Positions 1 to 15,034 of a stretch of 64,000 nucleotides of DNA are shown one piece after another. This DNA comes from Octopus sinensis. Lineage: Eukaryota. The stretch spans positions 111,724,001 to 111,788,000 of the forward strand of contig NC_043003.1 in NCBI RefSeq assembly GCF_006345805.1. Direction: 5' to 3'. The translations under genes were made by a program, and so were the position numbers. How positions within the stretch are numbered: position 1 is the first letter of the stretch; each line of letters begins with the position of its first letter. The notes beneath the pieces were generated by a model that worked only from the letters and a program-made list of their open reading frames with translations, was not told the DNA's origin and ran no database searches.

Positions 1-1029
1 TGCGCACATACAGTCTTGAATATCTCAACAGAACGACATCAAACCGTTAAAAGCCTGCTACAATGTCTTAATCTTAGGTGATGTAAATTATACGCATGTA
101 TCTACTCACCATCGGAACGTGTTTCATTACTATAACTAATCCAGACGAAAGTATTACGCACACATAAACCAACACGCAATTATATGACGTATATATATAT
201 TATATATATATATATATATTATATATATATATACACACACACATATATCTGTCAGGTACGCAGTGACTAACAACAGACTGTTATAGTCGTGTCTACTGTG
301 TGTCTGACAATATATATACTTAGGTTGCGAATGAAAGTGCAAGGTGGCCGTCACCGTTTACGTGGTGATTGCGTTTTATTGGTTAATTTTCAATCATCAT
401 TAACCAATGAGTGATAGGGTGGCATGTAGCTCTCATCGATAATTTCGTGTTACTCATTTTGGCCTTCTTCGTTGCATGGTATGTCGCTTTAGATTTTACA
501 AATAATTTTCTAAATATTAATATTATTGATATTTTTAAAAACACATTTCTTTATAATACGGTTTATAATATGGTAGCTGCTGTTCAGTCTATCTCCCTAT
601 GATAAACATATACGATAATTATAATCGATTTTATCGGAGCTTTTTTGATATTGTGATAGTCACACTATTTTAATTGGTGGGCGTTTGAGTGTGATTTTGT
701 TCAACGCTACCAGATTATTAGGAGAAATATGGCATATATAGAAAATATTACAAACGTTCCCTTAAAAAGTACGAAAATAGTATTAAAAAATGCGCACACG
801 CAAAATGGTTTCAGAATGTCGTAATAAACCTTTAAAATTATGGGACTAGCATTGTTGCTCAAAAATATTGGAATCACTCTATGTTGTACATTCTGTGGCA
901 TCCTTTCGTCACCAAAAAATTTGCTTAGCTCATCGAAATTAAGTTATATTAAAAATTAAGTCAGTTATCGTACACGCAGTATTAACAAAACAATTGTGTA
1001 CAAATACTATTGCGATCTTTACGTAATAA

Positions 1030-2680
1030 TTCAGAAACACTAACTTCACCAGAATTCCCCAAATCAACAAAAAAATAGAACAATTTATGACGCCTTGGAA
1101 TCCATCATCCTCAGTCTATAAAATTATATCCTTTCTAAAGGACCTCAATTCAAGATCGATCATGACAGGTTCGGCCTGTGAAATGCATAGTCTTAGCATA
1201 CCTTGACGTACTGTTAAAAACTTCTTCTAAAATCTACACCAAGTTTTCTAAGAGATCTCCAAGAGGTATTAAACCATCTCCCGAGAAACGTTAAGAGAAA
1301 AGTTAAAATCTGCAGTTCAATTGATATAATAAATCATTATACTACCATCCCACACGAGCAGTAGTGGGATGGTAGTAGTATCTTTGTAGCTAAGATTTCC
1401 TAATGGAATTCCGAACAAAATGCATAATTACGTTATCACAAAGGGATTAAAATTCATAGAGAAAACTTCATTTCCGAGGAAAACTCCTATCAACAAATAT
1501 CTGAGACTCTTTTTGGATAAAAGTTGCCAGAACATACGCCAACATCGTCTTGGCATAACTAGAAATCCAGTTGTATGAACAAACCAAATCAGTTTACAGT
1601 ATCCACTTAAAAAATTGTCCAGTAGATTTTAAAAAAATACTTTGGTGCCTCATTCTCTGCACATACATCTTGATGAAATCAACGATTTCAAATCCCTACT
1701 ACAAAGCAAAGATATGAGTATTCTTTTCACTATAAAATATAGCCAAAACCAAGTAGAATCCCTTGACAATTTGATCATAAATACTAACACGAAACATAGA
1801 AACCAACATCCACTAAAAGCCAAGAGACTCTGACCAGTACCTACTATGCACTTCGTGCAACCCGGTATGTACTAAGAGCTATATTCTATTTAATCAAGCT
1901 AGAAGGGTCCAAATAATTGTATCCAAACCGGAAATTCAGAATAAAAGACACTTTGTGATTAAAATAAGAAAGAGCCAGTTTATTATAATAGGTACTTGTA
2001 TAGCACGGGTCAAAGCAATCGATGGTAAATAATTATGGAAGTTTAAAATTAGTTCGAATACTCGCAAAACTCAAATTTTAATTACAACACACAGACCAAG
2101 AAACACTAAAACAGTTAAACGTTCGGCATTATCCATTGGAATATACAATTAATGTTTCAAAACCTAAGAATGAAAATGCTCTGGAATCATACAAAAGGGG
2201 AAAAGAAAATCGAATTTATCAACATTTACCAGTGCAAATCTACGGACCACGGACCCAACACTGACGCTTAAAATCTGTCCATTCTAATTGTGGAAAGTGT
2301 AACAAACTTTTTGACATATCATATAGATTTAAATCGCGAGAAGTTTTACAGTGAAAAAATCTCACTTGTTCTTTAAAAATTTAACATATGCCATGACATG
2401 CAATGGATGCAGCAAAGATTAGATTGGTTAAACCAAATTTACCTTAAGAATGAGATTAATGATTGACCGACACGAAATACGAGATATTAGGACTAGACAA
2501 AACATTATTGCTTTCCCAATTTATCGATGGGCAAACGATATCACAGATGACGCTCGAATAAAGAAAATTTGTTTACCAAAGAAAAATGCAAACCACGACT
2601 GGACAGTCTACCAAGCATCAATGATATACGATTCGCCGTTTAAAAAAGGGTTTTTCAATGTAAGTGATTCATATCTCTCT
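1030..2680 (+). mobile_element. Degraded Penelope-like retroelement (RT + GIY-YIG endonuclease remnants)
   Basis: Broken translations resemble PLE motifs: RSIMTGSACEMHSLS (~1152, cf. RPIIAGPxCxTHRLS), SIDIINHYTTIPHE (~1315, cf. SFDVxSLYTNIPH), thumb region ~1820-1900, and YAMTCNGCSKD*IG*T (~2385, GIY-YIG type). Many stops and frameshifts. Confidence 0.8.
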
Positions 2681-3132
2681 TTTAAGTTCATTAATTGCAT
2701 TTTATTTTGAGCATAGTATTTTATTTTCACTCGGTTTCACAATTCTCTATGCGTGTGCGTGGGGTGGATTATTACACATGTAATGACACGTGCATGCAGT
2801 CACGCGCCTAAACACCCACGCACTCAATTATTTCTCTGTAACCCTCTCCTTCGATATTTATATTTGCTATGTACGTATTACATATTTAAATAGATCTTGT
2901 GAAAATCTAAGAACCAAATATTTAGTATTCATGCACTTCTGATTCTTCAGCAGTTTTCATCTGTAATTATTCATAAAATTTACGAATTCCAAACAGTTTA
3001 AAAGTAACGTCATTTCTCTTTTGATTATGAAACCAAACAATTCACTAAAGCGGTATATACATACACATACACACACACACATACACAGACACAGACACAC
3101 AAACACACACACACACACAAACACATACACAC

Positions 3133-3197
<65 letters not shown>

Positions 3198-3580
3198 CTA
3201 TACATACATTACACATTCATGTGATCACGGTTTGGCTAAATAAGGTAATGCCTGCTCACAGCCAGAGAGCACAACCGAAATTCTAAACCAGCCCTAAATT
3301 CGCGCGTGACATTCATCGTTCATAGCTTGTGTACTAACTATCATATGACATATCTAGCGAACAAAATCTTTAACCTGACCGTCTCATTCGGCTGCTAAAT
3401 GACCCTTACACACTAATGTAGCGGAAAACTGACTAAAAATTCACTTAGGTCATCTTCAACAAATCAATCTATGCGTAAATTGATAGCGATCTGAGCCACA
3501 TGTTTTCTATAAAAAGAAACTAATTTCTACAAAAATAACCAGCAAAAAATTGGTTTGCTGCACATATTTTTGAATATATA

Positions 3581-4735
3581 TATACATGACAAAAGAAAAT
3601 AGACACGCTTATAATCCTTAACAATTCTTTAAATCTGAAATTATACATTCAAATTATTTATTTATTATTATAATGTAAGAGATCTAATATTTAGACGACA
3701 TGCCCTTTGCATTTTCCACTGCAAGGACCCTATTAGGTTTGCTACTGATGAGATTGCAAATATTATCTTAAGGAATTTCTTACCAAGTTTTATGCAGTAA
3801 TCTCAAAAGATCTGAATGTGAGGATGCTTTCTCGTTCGCTTTATGAAGTTGTCTGCCCATTATACCCCGGAGGTGTTCAATAGGGTTCATATCGGGTGAC
3901 TGGCTTGGCCATGGATTATATTTAATGTTATTGTCTTCTATGCAATCCTGGGTCTCATTAGCCGTATGACAAGGAGCCCCACCTTCCATAAATAAAGTGT
4001 CTTCTTTAATGATTTCAACACTGGAGAAGGAGTCTTTCTGAAATATGGACACATATTTATCTGAGTTTATGTTTTCTTCACGCTACACCAGCTCTGATTA
4101 ACCATTGCTCCAAATTGCTCCCTAGACCATCACAGAATAGGCACCGTGTGTCAAATTTTTTTTATTACAGAATAGCAGATCCACTCTTGCCTGCTGTCAG
4201 AAAATTTAGACTCACCGCCATCTCACTGGCTCAATCTTTTCTCTAATTGATATTGGATGGTCGAGGAAATGGAGTCCTTCTTGCTGTCCTGTAATAGTAA
4301 CTAAGTTTGTGGAGATAGGTGACAGCTGGGACTGACATCAAATTTTCATGCTTTGTCAAAGGCCTTGCAATGAGGGTTACCCACACTTCTCTTAACAAAG
4401 TAAAGGGTGCTGTCAGGGTGGGGGGTTGACCTGGACAATATGATGTGGATTGCTTTCCTTCTCTACTGAATTGCACAATTACTCTATTAACTGCAGAAAT
4501 TCGGATCCCAAGGTTTTCTGCAATTTTACACCAAGTACACTGTTAAATTGGCCCACAATACAGCCTGTTTGAAATACGGATACCTCCAAGGTTTCTTTTG
4601 TACGTGGCATGATTTAACAGTCACACATAGAAATAGAAGCATAAAAATGTCAATTAATAGAAAATAGAAAATATTTCAATTTGAAATGAACATAATACGA
4701 TGTTTTATGCTGTCTATTTACTTCTGCAATGTCTG
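3581..4735 (-). mobile_element. Degraded Tc1-family (DD34E) DNA transposon with imperfect TIRs
   Basis: ORF 3780-4052 has FMEGGAPCHTA...WPSQSPDMNPIEHL, with 34 residues between the second-D position and E. Right end tgctgtctatttacttctgcaatgtctg (to 4735) is matched by a degenerate left end tatacatgacaaaagaaaatagacacgc (~3581). Confidence 0.85.
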
Positions 4736-5803
4736 CTTATATATGAATATGCATGTGTGTGTATGCATACTTATGTACGAAAATATGCATAGTATATATA
4801 GATAATATGTGTGTGTGTGTGTTTGAGTGTGTTATGTGTATATAGTTATAGGTATACACACACATATGTATAGAAGTATATAGAAAGAAAAATGTGGGAA
4901 AGGAGAGAGAGAAGAGCAATTACAATTTCAGTCTTTCCTTCAAGACAGAAGCACACTATGGTTTCTTTAAGCATCTATTTTTAAACAAATATCAGTTGTT
5001 GTATTTTCCCATTAATAAATAGAAAAGAGTAAAAATTCCATGCAACAAACGTTATCATGTTGACATAAAACTAGTCTGAAAAATATTTTATTTTACTATG
5101 TTTTTATTCATTTGCTATTTTTTTTCTAATATTCTAATTTTACTGACATATGATGGAGGAGGCTTAAAATGAAAATATTAATTGATGCCAAAAATGCTGA
5201 AAGATTGCAGTTCTGTTAAATTGGATAGTAATAGAGAATCTGAATTTATGTGATCGAAAACAAACTCATAACCATACAGTGTGTTGTCTATTTATATGAA
5301 TGTCTGCAGGAACGTTGGCGTTAGTAGATCACTCTGGTCATAAACACTACGATAAAAGACTTAGTTTTGATTGACCTGTTTCGGAAAAGCAATACGTGTT
5401 GACTAAAAATAAAGTAATATATATATCTGTTGGTAAGTATAAATATTTTGAAGAGACAAAGTGTCGAATATGGGACGCAAATGTGCCAGTGCAGATTAGC
5501 GAAGTGTATTTAACTGTCAGTGGAAGTAAGAAATGAAGGAATAGTTCAGACTGTTCTTAGAGGAAAAAAGATTGTTGAAGAGTTAGTTGAAGAGTGCGAA
5601 ATAAGTTCTGTGAAATTTTGTGCTTTAAAAATCTGCGAGTGTGGTGTTGAGAGTAGTTAACCATTAACGAGTTTGGTTCAATATATATATATAGAAATGC
5701 ATGGCGTACAAACGCACGCTCGTCTGTGTGTATGTTCGTGTGTGTTGTGAGTGTCTGTGTTTGTCTGTGTGCGCAAAAAACTTTGATAGACGGACAGTTA
5801 GAT

Positions 5804-6030
<227 letters not shown>

Positions 6031-6520
6031 CAGGCAGAAAGACAGACCAAGTGGGGTGAAATAGATCTACGCCTGTCAAACAAGAGGCATTTCCGCATAC
6101 ATTTGGCTATGCTGATTACTGCGAAAACATGTTTTGTGAGTGATTCCCACAGGTCAGTGCAGAGGTCCATATAAGGCAATATAGTCGTTTGCTAGTCTTG
6201 TGTCTCTTGCAAATCCTAGTATGCACCAAAGTTATAACTAGTACATATTACGTTTAGTATTTAGGAAACAAAGACAACATCTAGCAAAAACTTCAAACAC
6301 ATTTTAGACGCGCGTGTCGCCAAGATTCAATTTTCCAACCCACCCTACGATGAAAACTCGTGTTTCATTTTATTTCTATAGAAATATCATTTCATTCGTA
6401 GATACATCGTATTTCCTGAGATTCTATGGCGGATTCCCTGTGGGAATTGAGTGTTTGCATGCGAATTTTAATTTACGAAATATCATCCCGAGTGTCATGT
6501 AATAATTATCATATTTAGAA

Positions 6521-6557
<37 letters not shown>

Positions 6558-6611
6558 GAGAGAGAGAGAGAGAAAGATAAATAGATAGGTAGATCTCTCT
6601 CATTCTCTCTC

Positions 6612-6740
<129 letters not shown>

Positions 6741-6764
6741 CTATCTATAGGAGATTCATATATA

Positions 6765-7600
6765 TCGGAGAACCTGATATACACACTAAAGTGTTCTCGG
6801 TGTCTGGAGCAATACATCGGCCAAGCAGAAAACAGTCTACATCAAATGATCGCCCTGCACAGATCCCAGATAAACAGCCTGAAAAGCAGCAAGATAACAT
6901 GATGCTAACACATCGACATTTGCGCCAATAACAAAAATCCAAGCTTCAGAATTTTTCTCCCTTATCAATTCAGGAGCGATACAACCTGTAGCCAACGAAT
7001 TAGTAAAGAGTACTTCTTTATCACAAATACAGACCCATTTTGAACGCATCTGCAACAAATGACATATCCACCACGACCCGATCATACCATCTCGCACTAT
7101 TTTATTATTCTTTCACTTCTCCTCCTTCACCTCCTTCTTGTTCGTCTTCTTCCTCTCCGCCACGTATTTCCCTACTTTACTACTACTGCTGTTTAGAATA
7201 ACACCTACACAGATATAAACAATACATTCAAAAGTGATATCTCAAGAATTCAATCACTACTACAATCCACAGCAAGTCACTTTCAGGGCACTTCACTGTT
7301 TATCATCCTACTACTATAATACCACTCCCGCATTCTTTTCTTCTTTTTCTCTGCCAAAAGTCCACAACGACCTCGAACCCACAAGAATAAACACAAGGAG
7401 AAAGAGACAGACAGAAACAAGGAAAATAAGCCATGCATTTGAATCTTATGCAAATATTCGTTGAAAAAAACCTTTCGTTGAAATTTTCCAAAATTTAATT
7501 TTTTTTTCATATTTAGAGTTGAAAAAGTCTCAATGACTGAAACCGGTACTAAAATGATTTATATAAAATTATTGTAACGTTTTCTACCGCGACGTTTTTC
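6765..7600 (+). mobile_element. 3' fragment of a Penelope-like element (GIY-YIG domain, 3' region and pLTR remnant)
   Basis: Reads NLIYTLKCSRCLEQYIGQAENSLHQMIALHRSQI (GIY-YIG type) from ~6770. A degenerate hammerhead motif lies downstream at ~7512-7553. Confidence 0.8.
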
Positions 7601-7688
7601 CATATATATATATCAACTTGTGTATTCCTTTTCAACCCTCTAATTATTTATATGTATGTATGTATATACACTATATGTGTGTCTACAC

Positions 7689-7736
<48 letters not shown>

Positions 7737-8039
7737 AAGCATACATATAATGGAACTATTTAACTATATGTACTTTCCTGCTTCGGGAATCTATCCGATT
7801 TCTTTCTCTTGTTAAATATGAGATGGAGAACGATTATAAATTAATAATACTTGATCAGTATTTCTGTATCCGTTATTGCCATAGAATGAAGATCTAATTT
7901 AATTGTGTTTGAATCAACATGTGGAAGACCTGAAAAAAGCGAGACACGGTTCATATATACCTATTATATGTGAATGTAATTTTACTTTGCTAATGTGCGA
8001 GTTAAAAATGTACTAGGACGTTGGAACATATCTATAAAC

Positions 8040-9460
8040 GGCTCACACACTCGAATAAGGCAGACCCGTTACACTGCGAATTAACAGAGTCAAGTAGGTG
8101 ATCATTTGTGAATGGCATATGTGGAACTCTCAACGGAAGATGTCGCAACAGCTTTTTGGCTATTTAAGAACAACAAGACAGCAAGATTGGGTGGATTACC
8201 TGTGGAAAGGCGAAAACACCGTGGAAATGTCCCCGCTGTCTGAGATCATATTTTGCAAGCATGATATGGAACGAAGAGTAAGTGATTGAAGCCAAGAGTA
8301 ACGGAGTGATAGCGTGGCTCCAGAAATTATCATTTAGGGCGCACCGGCACCGTGTAATATTAATGTGTATCTCTCCCAAGTGTTCTGCGGTGACATAATT
8401 ACACGCCTGAAGAAAGCGGTTGCTGGATATATATGAGAAGAACAATTTAAATTCTACAGAGTAAGGTCGTGCAGTGACCACGTCCATATCAAACTGAGTT
8501 GCAATTCAAGCAGTGATTCGTGGGCAACATCACCAACTTCAAAATAACCTTCGACAGCGTGCATTGAAAATCGAGCTATCACTTAACTAGTGGACACATT
8601 GTTGCATGAGAACTAAAGATGATATCACAGATATGTTGTCGTTATCAGAAAAGATATGTCACAGAGGTTTAATTCACACTTTTTTGTGTCTGTATGGATG
8701 TCATCCAGAGCAACTCTTAGCGTTCCACAGGGAAAACTCAGAGAATTGGCATTGCTGACGTGCTGTTTCGCCTTATGTATGACATGGCCACATTCAAACT
8801 CCACAGGAACATCTAGGAAAACTTTAAAATGAAGGTTTTATGGTGAGACAGGGCAACGGCTCGTTCGTTTCAAAGACCAGATTCTGAATAACTTTGTTTT
8901 GTTCATGTAAGCTGTAATATTACTCTGGCAGTGAACTGGCGAAGATTCTCGACATAGCTGAAGACAGATTTCAGCGAGTGAACTCTGGGTTTCAAATCAG
9001 CCATCAGCCTCTGCAACAAATTCTATTCATATACATCAATCGTCTCGTTGAATGTGGCATATTGATCTGTGAGTGGAAAAAGACAAGCAGAATGATACAC
9101 CGACACAGATGCTGCATCCAAAGAAATTCTTGACAATTCCACATCATTAATGAAGAGGCCTCGGAAACATCCGAGCTTAGTAGCCTACAGGATGCTATCA
9201 ACGTGAACCAACGGAAGTGAAACATATATGTACAACTCATGGCAATGAATGCACTAAGCAGACCCTCTCTAAAATGGAAATCACAATATGGCGAGGAATC
9301 CTGACAAACTATCGAAATCCTGTTGAGGAGGGGAGACTAGTACTTGGAGGATTTGTGCCCGGACTGTGAGCAGGACAATTGCATGGCTTATAGCAGTGCT
9401 GCATGTAGATGATGCGCATTTATCGATGCTGCATTGAAAGCGGGAGAAACAAAGACAAAG
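8040..9460 (+). mobile_element. Heavily degraded RTE-like LINE (RT region)
   Basis: Motif remnants in the expected order: KNNKTA (~8166), FDSVH (~8550), VRQG (~8843), YSGSE.W-like (~8920), ALKW-like (~9265). Multiple deletions. Confidence 0.65.
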
Positions 9461-9591
9461 AGAATAAATATAATATAAGCTGCTTTTATGTGTTCAGCAA
9501 CAAAATCGTCAAAAAATCCATATTAGCATTAGATAATCATTGAATTATTTTGACATCACACATATAAACATATACAAACAAAAGCACGCAT

Positions 9592-9643
<52 letters not shown>

Positions 9644-10048
9644 TTGCATGTTTCTTTGTATATAGTGCTACATGTTAACGCGTGCACACATCGTTTTAAA
9701 CTGCAACAACCTCAGATGTTATACAAATCATCACTGGGGGGAAAAAAGCATTAAGAAATTTGTGTATTTTTTGAATATTTTTTCATACAAAATTAATTAT
9801 TTATTTTCGTTAATTATCTATTTCAATTAGAAAGGAATGCAATTTATGTTCCAATAATTTACTGTTCACTACTTTGCCTCAAAATATTGCGAAAGAAAAT
9901 GAAGTTAGTTGCTAAGAAGAAAATATTAATATCTGATGTAATCACGAAATATAATGGAGCTTTCGTATATCTAAAATAAAACAAACGAAATAACTTAATC
10001 AGATGCGACCAACTTCTCTTTGCAAGTAAAAATACAATATATACATAT

Positions 10049-10171
<123 letters not shown>

Positions 10172-10530
10172 CACACGGCTTTCAATAGTCGATTAGAACA
10201 CAAACTGTATCTAGGTAGCATTTATCGATTGCTTTGGAAATGGAAGAGAAGAGAAAGATAAATCCAAGAAATAAAGAGAGAGATTTCTTCTGTTCTAAAA
10301 TTATTTGAAAAGAATGTGGATGACACAATATTGATTTGTGCTGTTTTAATCAAGTAGCCCACATGGAAGGATCACTTATGTTAATCTAAAATTGCGTTGA
10401 TTGAATACAGATGAAAAAAAAAGCAAATTTTATACAAAATGATAAAAGCACAGACACTTAGACGATGATGGTCGGGCGAAATTATAACATTGATTTTGAT
10501 GTAAAATATGACATAAAAATACCTATACCC

Positions 10531-10586
<56 letters not shown>

Positions 10587-10602
10587 CATGCACAAACGTA
10601 TA

Positions 10603-10654
<52 letters not shown>

Positions 10655-11489
10655 TAGATTTATATTTATGTAACACATGTATGTGAATGTGTGTATGCGA
10701 GTGCATATATCAATCTATTAATGTGTAACTAATAATGCTTGCAGTAATATTTTGATTTCCCACTTCCTTATTAGTCAATTAATTGTACGTGCACTTCTTA
10801 AAAGCACATTATGTGCATTTATATATTCAGGCATCCTCCTCCAGTTTTCCTTTAGTTCAATACATAACTAAATCTTTGACTATTTAAAAGCACGCACACT
10901 CATAAATATATATATATGTGCATGAACGTGGGAAGGTGTGCTAGCGTGTATGTATGAATGTATGTATCGCCAATATGCTAATGATTTCTTTTGAAAAATC
11001 TTTGTTAATATTTTTTCTGTACCTACCGGAAGATGTAATGTAATTTTATAACCAAATATTTCATTTAAGCAGACTGCAAACGTCACTGGTTATGCGACTA
11101 AAATCCCCGGTAAATTCGTTATTATTGCATATGGAAATTCGCGTATGGGTGTTTAGTCTCGCATGGAAATTAGTGCACAGCTTATTATCAGCGTCTTTAA
11201 TTGAGGAAAGAACTGAAGTAAATAGATTCACTGGCAATTACCGATTAACACCATTAGTTTAAGTATTTAACTCTGTAGACAGTGAATTAGAGGCAACTGA
11301 AGGAACCTTAAACAGGCGTACAGTTCTATGTAACGTATCTCTTTATGATTCTTTTATTAATTGTATAATTTCGATAGTCATATGAATGATATGCCACGTC
11401 AGAAAAATCTAAATTAATATATTGATGTTCAGAAAAGGATTTAGTATTTTTTCTCAAGATTGTTGCTCCAACTTTCTTTTATCTCTTCT

Positions 11490-11895
11490 CTTCACTTTTT
11501 ATCAGTCATTTGACTGCGGCCATGCTCGAGCACTACATTTAGTCGGACAAATCGACCACATGGCCTATTCTTTCTAAGCCTAGAACTTATTCTGTCGGTC
11601 TCTTTTTTTACCTAACCGCTAAATTACGGGAACGGAAACGCACCAGAATCGGTTGTGAAGCGATGATAGGGGGAGGAGGATAAACACACAAAGACACGCA
11701 CACACACACACACACACCACACATATATATATATATAATATATATTATATATATATATATTATATATATATATATGTATATACGTCCGGATTCTTTTAGT
11801 TTCCATCTACCAAATCCACTCAAAACATTGTGGTCGGGCCGAAAACACTTGCCTAAGGTGCCACTTAGTGGGACTGAACCTGGAGCTATGTGGTT
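11490..11895 (-). mobile_element. tRNA-derived SINE (family A) with expanded internal microsatellite
   Basis: Reverse complement of the 15538 copy (cacttgcctaaggtgccacttagtgggactgaacc; gactgcggccatgct). Confidence 0.85.
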
Positions 11896-11943
11896 GTGCA
11901 TTTTTGTTACACTAACACATACACACGCGTGCATATATATATT

Positions 11944-11980
<37 letters not shown>

Positions 11981-11987
11981 GTATATA

Positions 11988-12040
<53 letters not shown>

Positions 12041-12043
12041 ATA

Positions 12044-12101
<58 letters not shown>

Positions 12102-12158
12102 ATATATATATATATATGTATATTATATATATGTATATATATAATATATATATATATA

Positions 12159-12211
<53 letters not shown>

Positions 12212-12224
12212 TTATCATTATATT

Positions 12225-12770
<546 letters not shown>

Positions 12771-13428
12771 GCGTATAGACATACGCAAGGAAGCGTATGA
12801 TTGAAATGTATATGCGTCTAAGAATATTACATGCCCTTGGTTACATAATGAATCACCAAGAGGATTGTGTCTACTGTTACTAGTGTAATAGCCTAACATG
12901 ATTAGAGAAATTTATTGTTTGAACAAAAACAAAATATATGTGCGTGTCTCGTTCTGTGTGGCACTAAGAGGACTGTTGTATTTACAATAATCTCTATACA
13001 TGATCAACTGACGTTAATGCACAGTTCATTTATAACCTGTCAAACGTAAACTCGTATATCAACCTTTAGCATAATGCGAATCGACATGCATATATCACTG
13101 AGATGATTTCACATTTAATACTATCAAATGTAAATAATATGTAAATTGCTTAAGTGGAATATAATTGAAAATCAAAACAAAACAACAAAAAAAAAGAATT
13201 CAAGCGAAAAAATAATTGCCTAAAACTGTTCAAAATAAAATTTTTAATAGAATTAACGAATTAATTTTTTACGTAATTTATCTGATTACACTACGCATTA
13301 TACTTAGACAATCCCATGCACACAGCGATATGTACATACATGCATGTATGTATGTAAGTATGTATGTATGTATGTATGTATGTATGTATGTATGTATGTA
13401 TGTATGTATGTATGCATATATATATATA

Positions 13429-13485
<57 letters not shown>

Positions 13486-14315
13486 CAATATATATTGATA
13501 TGTATATATATATATATACAGAGCGATATTGATATTGATACATTGAATATATATATACTTGTGTATAAATATGTGTCGGCTCCTGTCTGTTACTGTTGAA
13601 ATATTCAGCAAGTTATTTTAATGCAATTAGCAATTCAAAAATTCTAAAATGATTAGCACTTAGTTTAGAAGAAAAAAAAAACACATGCGATATACAAATA
13701 TCACTTTCACTTTACTCTATCATTGCTGCCATTTTAATTGTGTGATGAATAAATATGTGTTGCTGAAATAGACTTGCACGGAATATAATTGTAATAGAAA
13801 AGGAATAATATCAGACATCTTAATTATATTTAAAGTAATTATTTTAATTACAGGTGCTTCATGGAAATTGATTTCTTACTTCCATAAAATGCATGCTTCT
13901 TAGCTGATTTGCAGGTGACAATTTCAAGCATTCTGTGTTTAACGTTCAACATTATGCATGCCGATATGTCGTGGTTGAAATCAGAACGCGTACGTACCCT
14001 CCCATCGAAAGTGTAGACTTATAGTTTAATCGCTTTTCAGTCTATGGACGTTTTAAAATTTGTTACGTAATTCCAGGAACGCCCTTAACAATAAGAGCTC
14101 AGATGAAGACAGTTATATTTTTTTACTGTTGCGCGAGTGGTTCTGTAGTCCTCCAGCATAACCTTAGTTCAATGTTGAAACGATTAAAAACATAAGTATT
14201 TTATTTAAGTTCCTAAACCTCAATTTGAGTTCCACATGCCCAGTGTGTGTTCCTTATTTCAAACAACAACGTATTTCAAAACGACAGTGTTTTCAAGGTA
14301 AATACCCTCTCTCTA

Positions 14316-14372
<57 letters not shown>

Positions 14373-14381
14373 CTCTCTCTC

Positions 14382-14436
<55 letters not shown>

Positions 14437-15034
14437 ATACACACATATATTTGAGTCTGCGTGTCTGTGTGCGTATGCATATGATGCTGCCTAAGAATTT
14501 TAATCGTGTAATAAGAGACCATTCCTTTATATTCACAATATACAAGGGCTTTATGTAATATATTTTCTACTTTGTAGTTCTTTTTGCCGTAGTTTTGCAA
14601 CCCGTACTGATGAAGATTAATTTTTCTTACGTATTTAGTGCAGGACATTTTAGATTTTATAAGACACAGTAGGGTTTACAAGCGGAAGAGAACGAATTAA
14701 GACAAGTGGACTTCTTTACACACAAAAATTGAAGTGTCGTATTAGCAGTAGATAATATAGAATAAAGCATATAATTGACCTTATTACACTGGCTATAAAA
14801 TACTCTTGCATTGATGTTTCCTTTGAAAATTCAATTGTAACTATGGAGCTTGACATTTGTGAGCAAACTGTATATGCCACTCGAAAATATTTGTTTTGAA
14901 ACTATTTATGATACCTACGCACGCAGACACACACTCACACGCACGAGCACACATATGAAAAGACACACTTTGACACAGAAACACACTCACACTGACATGC
15001 AAACACGAAATCATGCACACATTATCTTGCACTG

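Noticed and set aside
110-150. Further hammerhead-like remnants (here and at ~3392-3435, ~6303-6400, ~34825-34865, ~37175-37205)
   Set aside because: Each needs three or more core changes or lacks stems; not supportable without a family consensus.
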